The notes: a model not told the origin generated them from the letters alone. DNA of 35,949 nt from an uncultured Clostridia bacterium (GCA_947630525.1 CANRHW010000001.1:1-35949); one strand, 5' to 3'. Positions 1 to 8,682 are shown, counted from the first letter of the stretch. Translations and numbers: made by a program.

Positions 1-2492
1 ATTATCATCAACATCCCGGTATCACGATCCATAACGACCGCATATCCAAAAGCCTCGGCCACATCGCGAACCGGCACAAAGAGCACGCCGTCCTTATCAA
101 TGGGCGGGTACGAAAGCTCGATGCTGCTGGTTGAAACGCTGCCGTCAAGCACATTGACGGTCGACAGATATGCGGTGCCGCTGCCGTACTTTACGGCCAG
201 GGCTACTGTTTCGTCACATATAACCGTCTGTTCGTTTGCCTGATCCCACGCCACGGTCTTTAGCAGAGTTTCCATGAGCGCCTTGGCGGGCGCCATAATG
301 ACCCCGTTTTCCACATAGGGCTGAGGCCCCTCAAAATTCATAAGATAGTTACCGTCGATATTTATATTGACGGCGCTGCCGTCGGGCAGTTCCGGCTCCG
401 CCGGGCGTTCTTTGGCGCCGGCGGTGTCTACGCCCAAGAGCGAGAAGCCGTAATCAAACATCTTTATGGAGTCGGTAAAGCGGCTCTCATTGGCGTCGGA
501 TGGCAAGGTCACGGTGATAACACGCTTGCCGCCCAGCTGAGCGGTGCCGCACATACAGTAGCCCGCCGCGTCGGTCATGCCGTTTTTGAAGCCGTCGGCC
601 CCCTCGTAATAGTAGTCGGTGAACAGCTTGTTAAGGTTGTAATACACCTGACCATGAAATCCGACCGAGGACTGCTTTGTCCTCTCCAATATCTCCGGAT
701 AATCCTGTATCATATGGCGGGCCAGTATCGCAACTTCCCGGGCGGACATGAGGTTTTCGTTCTCGTACTCCGGGTGGAGACAAACGCCGGTGCCATTGTA
801 AAACACCGAACCGATGCCTATTTCTTTAGCCTTATCGTTCATACGCTTCACAAACTCGGCCTCGCTGCCGCAGAGCAGCTCTGCCACGGCGGTAACGCAG
901 GCCGCCGCCGAATCTATAACTATCATATCCAGCATTTCGTCAAGGGTATAGACCTGGTCATAATACAGATTGACCATCATCTTATAGTCCTCGACCCTGG
1001 AAAGGTTATAAACGTTTTCACTTATGGGCACAACGGCGTCAAGCGTTACCTCGCCGTTTTTAATGGCGTCGAGCACCACATATACGGACATCATCTTGGC
1101 GATAGAGGCCACGGGGCGCTGGGTGTCGGCGTCAAAGGAATAGAGTTCGGCGCCCGTGTCGTAGTCCATGATAAAGGCGCTCTTAGAGGTCAGCAGCTCG
1201 CCGCCCACATAGGGCTTGGCCGTATTGACATAGGTGTTGACGACAATAGCCCGTTCGCCGTCCAGCCAGTCGGTCTGATACATAGCCCTGAACTCGTCGG
1301 CGGCAATGGCCGTATATCCGCCCTCGATGTTATAGGCGTTCTTTATCTTATGCAAGGTTTTGCCGTCAAATATTTCCACATTTATCGGCTGACTGTGGTC
1401 AACGCTCAGGGCGACGGCGTCACCCTTGCCATGGTAGGGAGCCGCGTCCATTGGAACAGCCGGTTTGGAGTAATTACGCACCGCGCGGACGGTCCTCGTT
1501 TCGCTGTCAAAATTCAGGTCGAAGCCGTAATTGGACAAATGCTCGACGATCAGCGTCGCCTGACTTTCTCCGCCGAGATAGCTGAAGGTGGGTATCTCCG
1601 CGCCGTCAATAAAGGTGCGCACATCGGTATAGCGGAGAGAATCATACTTTTCAGCCGCGGCGGCAAAGCCATAGTCCAGCAGCCTTGAAATGTCGACAAA
1701 CCTCTGATTGGTAGAAGATGAGCGCATAGTCACCGCAATCATGCGTCTGCCGCCCCTTACGGCCGTACCGCAGAAGCAGAACTTGGCGGCGGAGGTTGTG
1801 CCGGTCTTTAAGCCGTCGGCGCCCTCGTAATAGTAGGTGTCCAGCAGGTGGTTAGTGGTCCTGTAGGTGTTGCCGTGAAAACGCACGGATTTAAGAGAGC
1901 TGCGGTTGAGTATATCCGGATAATCGCGGATTATGTTACGGGCAAGGGTGGCCATGGCAATGGGCGTCACCTGATTGCTGGCAATGCCGCAGCTGTCATA
2001 ATAATAGGCGTCGATGCCCATTTCGGCGGCCTTGTTGTTCATGCGCTGCACGAACGCCGCCTCGCTGCCGCCGCCCACCAGTTCCGCCAGAGCAACGGCC
2101 GCGCCGCTGGCCGAGTGGGCCACAACAACGCTTATCATTTCGTTCACGGTATAGGTCTGGTCGTAATACAGCGGAACGACGTTGGTATAAAGCGGGTCGC
2201 GGGAAATATCATATACCTTTTTGCTTATGGGCACAACGGTATCAAGGCTTATCTCGCCGTTGGCAATGGCCTCGTACACGCAGTAAACGTTCATTATTTT
2301 GGTCATGCTTGCGGGGACGAGCGGCGTATTGCCGTAATACTCATAAAGCACCTCGCCGGTAGCGTAATCCATTACGCAGGCGCCGGCGGAGGATATGTAC
2401 TCACCGCCTACATAAGCGGCCTGCGCTCCCGCCGGGGCCAGAGATAAAACGAGCGTTAGCACAAGTACAAGCGCAAGAACTGACTTTTTCAT
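1..2492 (-). CDS. Secreted tandem-module D-alanyl-D-alanine carboxypeptidase-like protein with two peptidase S11/PBP5-type modules, internal beta-rich repeats and a C-terminal CuAO_N-like wall-anchor repeat. The 3' end lies outside the window.
   Basis: Absent from the ORF track because it has no stop inside the window. I translated the minus strand by hand from ATG 2492..2490 (MKKSVLALVLVLTLVLSLAPAGAQAAYVGG...) and found no in-frame stop down to base 3 (~830 codons). Module 1 carries PASMTK (SxxK) and DGLKTG (KTG). Module 2 carries VASIAKM (SxxK) and DGFKNG. The tail ...DGVLFVPVRDVAEAFGYAVVMDRDTG matches CuAO_N 'stalk' repeats. There is an ATGA start/stop overlap with the upstream gene. Confidence 0.85.
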   Translation of the reverse strand, partial: MKKSVLALVLVLTLVLSLAPAGAQAAYVGGEYISSAGACVMDYATGEVLYEYYGNTPLVPASMTKIMNVYCVYEAIANGEISLDTVVPISKKVYDISRDPLYTNVVPLYYDQTYTVNEMISVVVAHSASGAAVALAELVGGGSEAAFVQRMNNKAAEMGIDAYYYDSCGIASNQVTPIAMATLARNIIRDYPDILNRSSLKSVRFHGNTYRTTNHLLDTYYYEGADGLKTGTTSAAKFCFCGTAVRGGRRMIAVTMRSSSTNQRFVDISRLLDYGFAAAAEKYDSLRYTDVRTFIDGAEIPTFSYLGGESQATLIVEHLSNYGFDLNFDSETRTVRAVRNYSKPAVPMDAAPYHGKGDAVALSVDHSQPINVEIFDGKTLHKIKNAYNIEGGYTAIAADEFRAMYQTDWLDGERAIVVNTYVNTAKPYVGGELLTSKSAFIMDYDTGAELYSFDADTQRPVASIAKMMSVYVVLDAIKNGEVTLDAVVPISENVYNLSRVEDYKMMVNLYYDQVYTLDEMLDMIVIDSAAACVTAVAELLCGSEAEFVKRMNDKAKEIGIGSVFYNGTGVCLHPEYENENLMSAREVAILARHMIQDYPEILERTKQSSVGFHGQVYYNLNKLFTDYYYEGADGFKNGMTDAAGYCMCGTAQLGGKRVITVTLPSDANESRFTDSIKMFDYGFSLLGVDTAGAKERPAEPELPDGSAVNINIDGNYLMNFEGPQPYVENGVIMAPAKALMETLLKTVAWDQANEQTVICDETVALAVKYGSGTAYLSTVNVLDGSVSTSSIELSYPPIDKDGVLFVPVRDVAEAFGYAVVMDRDTGMLMI

Positions 2493-3016
2493 GTATATCT
2501 CTCCTTTTTCGTATTACCGTCCGCCCGTCTGAGCAGCAGTATGAGCGGACAGATAAGAGCCCCGCAGCAGAAGTTGCTGACCCCGTGAACAAAATCAAAG
2601 GGCAGCCCGGCCGCTATCCAGCCTAACATTCCCTTAAAGCTCAGTCCAAACAGCAGCGCCTGGGCCGGAGCGTAAAGAGTGCCGTACAAAAAGCCGTGAG
2701 CGGCCGACATGGTCATATACACCGGCGGCTTTGCCCATTGTGGCAGCCCGGCCGGCAGCAGCATTACGCCTCCCCACAGGGGCAGCCAGATATAGAGATA
2801 GGGTATCCACCAGGTGGCAAAGCCGGAAAACAGCCCCGTCAAAAGCACAAAAACGTAAATTGGGTACAGGGCCTTTTTCCGATAAACCACCGTAAGCGCC
2901 ACAACAAAGCAGCCCAGCAGGTGAACGTTCGGCAGCATCTCCATTATCAGCTTGGAGGCATACATCACCGCTCCAAGCATACCGAAGACCGCCGTTTCCC
3001 TTATCTTCAGCTTCAT
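2489..3016 (-). CDS. ECF-transporter S-component-like integral membrane protein (substrate-capture subunit, substrate unknown)
   Basis: 175-aa ORF that is almost entirely hydrophobic helices (GMLGAVMYASKLIMEMLPNVHLLGCFVVALTVVY..., WWIPYLYIWLPLWGGVMLL...). Size and topology are typical of ECF S components. ATGA overlaps at both ends (3013-3016 and 2489-2492). Confidence 0.65.
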   Translation of the reverse strand: MKLKIRETAVFGMLGAVMYASKLIMEMLPNVHLLGCFVVALTVVYRKKALYPIYVFVLLTGLFSGFATWWIPYLYIWLPLWGGVMLLPAGLPQWAKPPVYMTMSAAHGFLYGTLYAPAQALLFGLSFKGMLGWIAAGLPFDFVHGVSNFCCGALICPLILLLRRADGNTKKERYT

Positions 3017-3438
3017 ATGGTTTCGTACTTAAAGGCGTAACTGTCGCCGTCTATGATCTCGGTGAGGTCCACCCCATAGGTCGCGTACTCGCCGTTCACA
3101 TAAAAGGCCCAGTAGGCCTGATCCTTGTCGGCGTCGGCTTCAATGCCGTTGACAGTCTTGACGTAAAGGCCGTATTGCCCCTGTTCGCCGTCGATGAGCT
3201 CCACCTCCAGCAGGGCGTCGCCCACGGTGGTTTTGTCGGTGTGTACTTCAAACAGAGCGTCCTGCCCATCGGCATCGGTAACGGTCAAATCAAAGACCTT
3301 TTCGCCCTCGCCCAGGACCGTTGCCTCTCCGCCGGCATTGCCGGCCTCCGGCTTATCCTTGCCGCAGCCGGCGGCAAAGGCCAGACTGACGGTCAGCAGC
3401 AGGCACAGCAGCAGAGTGTATATCCTTTTTGTTCTCAT
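3013..3438 (-). CDS. DUF4430-type lipoprotein (transcobalamin/intrinsic-factor beta-domain-like, putative corrinoid binder)
   Basis: Track ORF 3013..3489. I prefer ATG 3438 because GGAGG lies 6 nt upstream (GAGGAGGAAAAACATG). Lipoprotein signal MRTKRIYTLLLCLLLTVSLAFAAGC. The C-terminal part ...GLYVKTVNGIEADADKDQAYWAFYVNGEYATYGVDLTEIIDGDSYAFKY fits the DUF4430 pattern. Confidence 0.75.
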   Translation of the reverse strand: MRTKRIYTLLLCLLLTVSLAFAAGCGKDKPEAGNAGGEATVLGEGEKVFDLTVTDADGQDALFEVHTDKTTVGDALLEVELIDGEQGQYGLYVKTVNGIEADADKDQAYWAFYVNGEYATYGVDLTEIIDGDSYAFKYETI

Positions 3439-3485
3439 GTTTTTCCTCCTCATTGATACGGAGCGGCCGCCGGGCCCCTGCGGGC

Positions 3486-4886
3486 TCATATCGGGTGAAC
3501 CTTATCCGTCTTATCCGCCAGCTCGGCGTCCAGCTTATACTTCCCCGCCTGACGGAACTGGAAGTACTTTACGGCCACCTGGCCAAAGAGCGCGTAGCTG
3601 AGCACGTCCTCGTCCTGCTCGATATATTCTTTTATCTCGCTGCGGAACCTGTCCAGCTCATTGGGTATGCTGTCGGCGGGGCGGCCGGTTATCCGCTTTT
3701 CGTCGCCGATAATCTGCTTGACGAACTCGGGCTTGATCTCCACCGGGGTTTTGCCGTATTCGCCCTTGATAAGGCCGCGGAACTCCTTGGTAACGTTCTT
3801 ATATCTCTCGCCCAAAACCACGTTGAACACGGCCTGGGAACCGACTATCTGGCTTGTCGGCGTTACAAGCGGCGGATAGCCCGCGTCCTCGCGCACCCGG
3901 GGAACCTCTTTGAGCACGTCCTGGAACTTATCCTCGGCGCCAAGCTGTTTGAGCTGAGAGAGCAGGTTGCTGAGCATGCCGCCGGGAACCTGATATTTAA
4001 GGGTATTTACGTCCACCGCAAGGGACTTCGGATTGAGCAGGCCCTCTTTGATATATTTTTCGCGGAGGGGACGGAAGTAGTCGGCCAAATCGCTGAGGAT
4101 GCCCAGGTCGTAGCCGGTGTCGTACTCGGTGCCCTTTAGTGCCGCCACAAGGGACTCCGTCGGGGGCTGAGACGTGCCCATAGCCAAGGGCGAAATGGCG
4201 CAGTCCACAATGTCCACTCCCGCCTCGATGGCCTTCAAATAAGTCATGGAGGCCACGCCGCTGGTGTAATGGGTGTGGAGCTCGATGGGTATTTTTACCG
4301 CCTTTTTCATCTGCGAAACCAGGTCGTAGGCCACATATGGGGTCAGCAGGCCGGCCATGTCCTTGATACAGATGGAATTTGCACCCATATCTTCAAGCTC
4401 CTTGGCAAGCTTCACAAAGGAAGCGTTGTTGTGCACGGGGCTTATGGTATAGGAGATAGCCGCCTGAACATGACCTTTTTCCTTAATGGCGGCGTTGATA
4501 GCGGTTTTAAGATTGCGCACGTCGTTAAGGGCGTCAAAAATGCGTATGATGTCTATGCCGTTGGCAATGGACTTCTGAACGAAATATTCCACCACGTCGT
4601 CGGCATAGTGCCGGTAGCCAAGTATGTTCTGGCCCCGGAAAAGCATCTGGAGCGGGGTCTTTTTGGCCTTGGCCTTAATTTTGCGCAGACGCTCCCAGGG
4701 GTCCTCGTTAAGGAACCGCAGGCAGCTGTCAAAGGTGGCGCCGCCCCAGGCCTCCAGGGCGTTATATCCAACGCTGTCCAGCATTTCCACCGCGCCGAGT
4801 ATTTCATCCGTGGTCATGCGGGTGGCAATAAGGGACTGGTGCGCGTCACGAAGTATAGTTTCCGTTATTTTAACAGGTTTAGCCAT
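3486..4886 (-). CDS. Oxaloacetate decarboxylase alpha / transcarboxylase 5S-type carboxyltransferase with no biotinyl domain
   Basis: 466 aa. RDAHQSL, IKDMAGLL and ELHTHYTSG motifs of the pyruvate/oxaloacetate carboxyltransferase TIM barrel. It ends ...AELADKTDKVHPI with no AMKM biotin-attachment motif. RBS AAGGAGG lies upstream of ATG 4886. Confidence 0.85.
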   Translation of the reverse strand: MAKPVKITETILRDAHQSLIATRMTTDEILGAVEMLDSVGYNALEAWGGATFDSCLRFLNEDPWERLRKIKAKAKKTPLQMLFRGQNILGYRHYADDVVEYFVQKSIANGIDIIRIFDALNDVRNLKTAINAAIKEKGHVQAAISYTISPVHNNASFVKLAKELEDMGANSICIKDMAGLLTPYVAYDLVSQMKKAVKIPIELHTHYTSGVASMTYLKAIEAGVDIVDCAISPLAMGTSQPPTESLVAALKGTEYDTGYDLGILSDLADYFRPLREKYIKEGLLNPKSLAVDVNTLKYQVPGGMLSNLLSQLKQLGAEDKFQDVLKEVPRVREDAGYPPLVTPTSQIVGSQAVFNVVLGERYKNVTKEFRGLIKGEYGKTPVEIKPEFVKQIIGDEKRITGRPADSIPNELDRFRSEIKEYIEQDEDVLSYALFGQVAVKYFQFRQAGKYKLDAELADKTDKVHPI

Positions 4887-4904
4887 GATAATATCCTCCT
4901 TTAT

Positions 4905-6170
4905 TTATGCAAACAGTGCCAGGAATACGCCCGCCGCCACGGCGCTGCCGATAACGCCGGCAACGTTGGGGCCCATTGCGTGCATGAGCAGGAAGTTGGC
5001 GGGGTTTTCTTCCTGACCGACCTTCTGAGAAACGCGGGCGGCCATGGGCACGGCGCTGACGCCGGCGCTGCCGATGAGAGGATTGACCTTGCCGCCGGTG
5101 ACCTTGCACATTATCTTGCCGAAGAGCAGGCCGCCTATGGTGCTTACGCAGAAAGCGCACAGTCCAAGGACTATTATGAGTATGGTCTTGGCCGTAAGGA
5201 AGGTCTCCGCCTTTGCCGTGGCGCCTACGGTGATGCCCAGGAAGATAGTTACAATGTTCATCAGCTCATTCTGAGCCGTTTTGCACAGGCGATCGGCCAC
5301 GCCGCTCTCCTTGATAAGGTTGCCCAGCATGAGCATACCGACCAGCGGAGCCGCGTCGGGCACGATGAGCACTACCACCAGCGTAACTATTATGGGGAAA
5401 AGTATTTTCTCCTTCTGGGTCACCGGGCGGAGCTGCTCCATAACAATCTGCCGCTCCTGCTTAGTGGTAATCATTTTCATGAAAGGCGGCTGAATTATGG
5501 GGATGAGGGCCATATAGGAATAGGCCGCTATGGCAATGGCGCTGAGCAGGCCGGGAGCCAGAGTTTTTGTAACGTATATGGCCGTGGGGCCGTCCGCGCC
5601 GCCGATGATGCCTATGGACGCGGCTTCTTTAAATATGGTCTCGGCAGTGCCGTCGGCGCCGAAGCCGCCGATGCCAAACACGCCAAGAACAATTGCGCCG
5701 ATGAAGGTTATGAACACTCCCAGCTGAGCCGCCGCTCCCAAAAGTATGCTCTTGGGATTGGAGATTAGCGGGCCAAAGTCGGTCATGCAGCCGATGCCCA
5801 GGAAGATAAGGGGCGGATAAATGCCCAGCTTCACTCCCAGGTACAAAAGGTCCAGCAGTCCGCCCTTGTGGAAAATAAGGTTCATATCCAGGTCGTGGCC
5901 GTCAATAAGATATTTCGGATCAATGAAAAATTCGGGGTGCATGACCTCTCCCAAAGGCAGGTTTGCGATGAGCATACCAAAAGCTATGGGCAGCAGAAGC
6001 AGCGGTTCGAACTTTTTAACGATGGCAAGGTAGAGCAGCACGCAGGCGATGGCCAGCATCACCAGCGTTTTAAGGCCGTAAAAATCGTCGGCGACCAGCT
6101 TGGTAAATATTTCGGCAACGCCGGTCTTGGCGAAAAACGCTCCAAAGCCATCTATCAGGTTTGTCAGCAC
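4905..6170 (-). CDS. Na+-translocating biotin-dependent decarboxylase beta subunit (OadB/MmdB/GcdB family)
   Basis: 421-aa polytopic membrane protein (LLLPIAFGMLIANLP..., GIIGGADGPTAIY...). GTG start at 6170 with AAGGAG 10 nt upstream. Confidence 0.85.
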   Translation of the reverse strand: MLTNLIDGFGAFFAKTGVAEIFTKLVADDFYGLKTLVMLAIACVLLYLAIVKKFEPLLLLPIAFGMLIANLPLGEVMHPEFFIDPKYLIDGHDLDMNLIFHKGGLLDLLYLGVKLGIYPPLIFLGIGCMTDFGPLISNPKSILLGAAAQLGVFITFIGAIVLGVFGIGGFGADGTAETIFKEAASIGIIGGADGPTAIYVTKTLAPGLLSAIAIAAYSYMALIPIIQPPFMKMITTKQERQIVMEQLRPVTQKEKILFPIIVTLVVVLIVPDAAPLVGMLMLGNLIKESGVADRLCKTAQNELMNIVTIFLGITVGATAKAETFLTAKTILIIVLGLCAFCVSTIGGLLFGKIMCKVTGGKVNPLIGSAGVSAVPMAARVSQKVGQEENPANFLLMHAMGPNVAGVIGSAVAAGVFLALFA

Positions 6171-6208
6171 TTTATTTCAACTCCTTTATACGTTCTTGTC
6201 CGAGTGAT

Positions 6209-6568
6209 TTACGCTATGGTCACAAGAACGTCGCCGGTATTGACGCTGGAGCCCTTAGAGGTCACAACGGTCACAACTCCGGCCTGTGGAGCCTTTATCT
6301 CGTTTTCCATCTTCATGGCCTCAAGTACGACAAGAGTATCGCCGGCCTTGACGGAGGCGCCGCTTGTCACCTTGATATCCAGCACGTTGCCCGGCATGGG
6401 AGCCTTGACGGGAGTGCCGTTACCGGCGGCGGCCGGAGCGGCCTTTTTGGGCGCGGGAGCGGCAGCGGCGGCCTTGGGCGCCGCGGGGGCGGCGGAGGCG
6501 CCGGCCTCTACCTCCTCAACTTCGACTTCGTAGGAATTACCGTTTACGTTTACAATAAATTTTCTCAT
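6209..6568 (-). CDS. Biotin carboxyl carrier protein (gamma subunit / 1.3S-type)
   Basis: 119 aa with an Ala/Pro-rich linker followed by VLEAMKMENEI (AMKM biotinylation motif). RBS AGGAGG lies upstream. Confidence 0.9.
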   Translation of the reverse strand: MRKFIVNVNGNSYEVEVEEVEAGASAAPAAPKAAAAAPAPKKAAPAAAGNGTPVKAPMPGNVLDIKVTSGASVKAGDTLVVLEAMKMENEIKAPQAGVVTVVTSKGSSVNTGDVLVTIA

Positions 6569-6592
6569 GATTTTATATCCTCCTATAATAGC

Positions 6593-6946
6593 TTAAAATC
6601 TGTTGTCAAGCAGGTCTTTGCGGCCGGCTCTGTTCCAGGCCCCGCCGTCCAGCTTTTTATACGAACGCACCCGTATGGACGACGCGCTCGTACCCATAGA
6701 CGCGGCGACCGCGGCGGTTATCACCGCTATCAGTTCGAAGCCGTCCTCTTCGCGGACCTCCTCCGTCACCGGGGCGGCCGGCTCCTCCTTTTTCTCTTCC
6801 GCCGCCGGAGCGGAGAAAAGAGCCATAGCCTTTATTACGAACATTATGATTATAAGTATCAAGAATACTATGCATATTCCCATTACGGTATAGGCCAAGC
6901 CCTCGCCAAGAACCTCGGCAGGTTCAAAATCTACATATCTCGTCAT
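6593..6946 (-). CDS. OadG/MmdD-like small membrane subunit of a Na+-pumping decarboxylase
   Basis: The track ORF starts at GTG 6955. ATG 6946 has GAGGTG 6 nt upstream. Single N-terminal TM helix (LAYTVMGICIVFLILIIIMFVI), then a charged linker and the conserved tail ELIAVITAAVAA... Confidence 0.7.
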   Translation of the reverse strand: MTRYVDFEPAEVLGEGLAYTVMGICIVFLILIIIMFVIKAMALFSAPAAEEKKEEPAAPVTEEVREEDGFELIAVITAAVAASMGTSASSIRVRSYKKLDGGAWNRAGRKDLLDNRF

Positions 6947-6957
6947 GGCGCTCACCT

Positions 6958-8439
6958 CTACATGGGCATATTATCGTGCTTGCGGGATGGGCCGCAGGCG
7001 CGCTTGCTGGCCAGCATTTCCAGCGCGGCCGCTATGCGGGGGCGGGTCTCGGCGGGCTCAATAACATCGTCCACCAGTCCCATAGCCGCCGCCATGAGCG
7101 GCGAAGCGTCTGTTTCCTTATAAATCTTTTCCAGCTCCTCGCGGCTCGCGCCCTGATGGAGCTTATCCTCATAGAGCAGCTGCACGCCGGTATTGGAGGG
7201 CAGGGGAGCTATCTCGGCCTGGGGCCAGGCATAAACCACGTCGGCGCCAAGCTGTTTTGAGTTCATGACCGCATACGCGCTGCCGCAGGCCTTGCCCACG
7301 ATAACGTTGACTTTGGGAACGGTAGCCTCGGCAAAGGCGTAAAGGAGCTTGGCGCCCTTCCTGGCAAGGCCCCACTCCTCTTCGGCGGCGCTCACGGCGA
7401 AGCCGTCAGCGTTGGTAAAGGTAATGACCGGAATATTGAAGCAGTCGCAGAAGCGCACGAACCGCGCCAGCTTCTCCAAAGCCTGGCCGGTAAGTCCGTC
7501 GCTGCCGGGCTGATTGGCGGCCACGCCTACGGCGGAGCCGTTTATCCGCGCAAAGCCCGCAACGGCGCTCTTTGCATAAGCGGACTGAACCTCCAGCAGG
7601 GCGCCGTCGTCAACCACCTCGGCAATGACCGTGCGCACGTCATATTCGCCGTCGACGCTTTCAAGAGCCGGGCTCGTGCGGTTAAGGTCGTCGGCGCAGT
7701 CCAGCACAGCCGGGTCGGAAAGGTTATTCGCCGGCAAATAGCTCAGCAGCAGCCGAGCAGTTTCAAGACAGAGCTCGTCGCTGTCGGCGGCAAAGTGCGC
7801 GCTGCCGCTGACGGTAAAGCAGCCCTTGCCGTCCACGGCAGCCTTTTTGCCGGTTGAGGACTCAATGACCGTCGGGCCGTTCACAAACAGCCGGCCGGTT
7901 TTTCCGTTGATTATGACAAAATCGCTCATTTCGGCGGCAAGAGCCCCGCTGCCGGCGCAGTTGCCAAGAACAAGACTGACGCTGGGTACCACGCCGCTGA
8001 CGGAAGCCGCCGCGGCAAAAATTTTGCCGGCGGCCGCCTGAGCGGCAACGCCTTCGCCGATTCTCGCCCCGCAGGAATCCAAAATACCCACTATGGGCGC
8101 ACCCATTTTGGCGGCCATTTCATAAACGCCGCAGACCTTGGCGGCGTTCATCTCGCCTATGGCACCTCCCATAACGGCGGCGTCCTGCGAGTAAACGTAA
8201 ACCAACCGTCCGTCCACCGTACCGTAGCCGGTTATAACGCCGTCGGCAGGGGTACAGCTCTCTCTGGCGGAAATCAACGCTCCCAGCTCCACAAAGCTGC
8301 CCTCGTCAAGCAGGGCAAGCACCCTTTCTCTTGCGGTAAGGCCGTCGGAACGCTGACTTTTCCGCTTTTCTTCTCCGCCGCCCTGGGCCGCCTTTGCCCT
8401 GGCCTCGCGAAGGAGCTTAAGCTTTTCCATTGTGTCCAT
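6958..8439 (-). CDS. Acyl-CoA carboxyltransferase (methylmalonyl-CoA decarboxylase alpha / transcarboxylase 12S / PccB family)
   Basis: 493 aa. N-terminus ...GGGEEKRKSQRSDGLTARERVLALLDEGSFVELGAL is typical of this family, as are the two crotonase-like halves. RBS AAGGAGG lies before ATG 8439. Confidence 0.85.
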   Translation of the reverse strand: MDTMEKLKLLREARAKAAQGGGEEKRKSQRSDGLTARERVLALLDEGSFVELGALISARESCTPADGVITGYGTVDGRLVYVYSQDAAVMGGAIGEMNAAKVCGVYEMAAKMGAPIVGILDSCGARIGEGVAAQAAAGKIFAAAASVSGVVPSVSLVLGNCAGSGALAAEMSDFVIINGKTGRLFVNGPTVIESSTGKKAAVDGKGCFTVSGSAHFAADSDELCLETARLLLSYLPANNLSDPAVLDCADDLNRTSPALESVDGEYDVRTVIAEVVDDGALLEVQSAYAKSAVAGFARINGSAVGVAANQPGSDGLTGQALEKLARFVRFCDCFNIPVITFTNADGFAVSAAEEEWGLARKGAKLLYAFAEATVPKVNVIVGKACGSAYAVMNSKQLGADVVYAWPQAEIAPLPSNTGVQLLYEDKLHQGASREELEKIYKETDASPLMAAAMGLVDDVIEPAETRPRIAAALEMLASKRACGPSRKHDNMPM

Positions 8440-8514
8440 GTATTTACCTCCTTAATGTCTATGGCAACCTTTATGCGTGATTGCCTTAAAACCATATTAA
8501 CCCATTATAGCATT

Positions 8515-8543
8515 AGTATATATTAAGCCGGGCTTTTTTGCAA
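8515..8543 (-). promoter_or_regulatory. Candidate sigma-70-type promoter of the decarboxylase operon
   Basis: Read on the minus strand: TTGCAA (8543-8538), 17-nt spacer, TATACT (8520-8515), about 75 nt upstream of ATG 8439, in an AT-rich intergenic region. Confidence 0.35.
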
Positions 8544-8597
8544 GTGTTATTTTTGCCGTATAATGTAAAATAATATTAAAGTTTTTTGTCAGTTTTT

Positions 8598-8682
8598 TTG
8601 CAAAACAAAAACAGACCGTAAAAAGCCGCGCAAGCCGTGCAAAGCTTTTAAGCCATTTAACGGTCTGCGCGGCTTTTTACGG
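8598..8682 (-). terminator. Rho-independent terminator candidate downstream of the BMP lipoprotein gene (17-bp stem, unusually large loop)
   Basis: CCGTAAAAAGCCGCGCA (8616-8632) is perfectly complementary to TGCGCGGCTTTTTACGG (8666-8682), with a 33-nt loop. On the minus strand the stem is followed by TCTGTTTTTGTTTTGC. Confidence 0.5.

Noticed and set aside
654-2447. Plus-strand ORFs 654..1688 and 1848..2447
   Set aside because: They are mirror ORFs of the untracked minus-strand S11 gene, which I verified codon by codon. Their translations are G/H/V/A-rich nonsense.
3486-4886. Possibility that the 466-aa carboxyltransferase is a full OadA/PycB with its own biotinyl domain
   Set aside because: The C-terminus has no AMKM or lipoyl-like domain. 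The ORF ends at a clean stop followed by the next gene.
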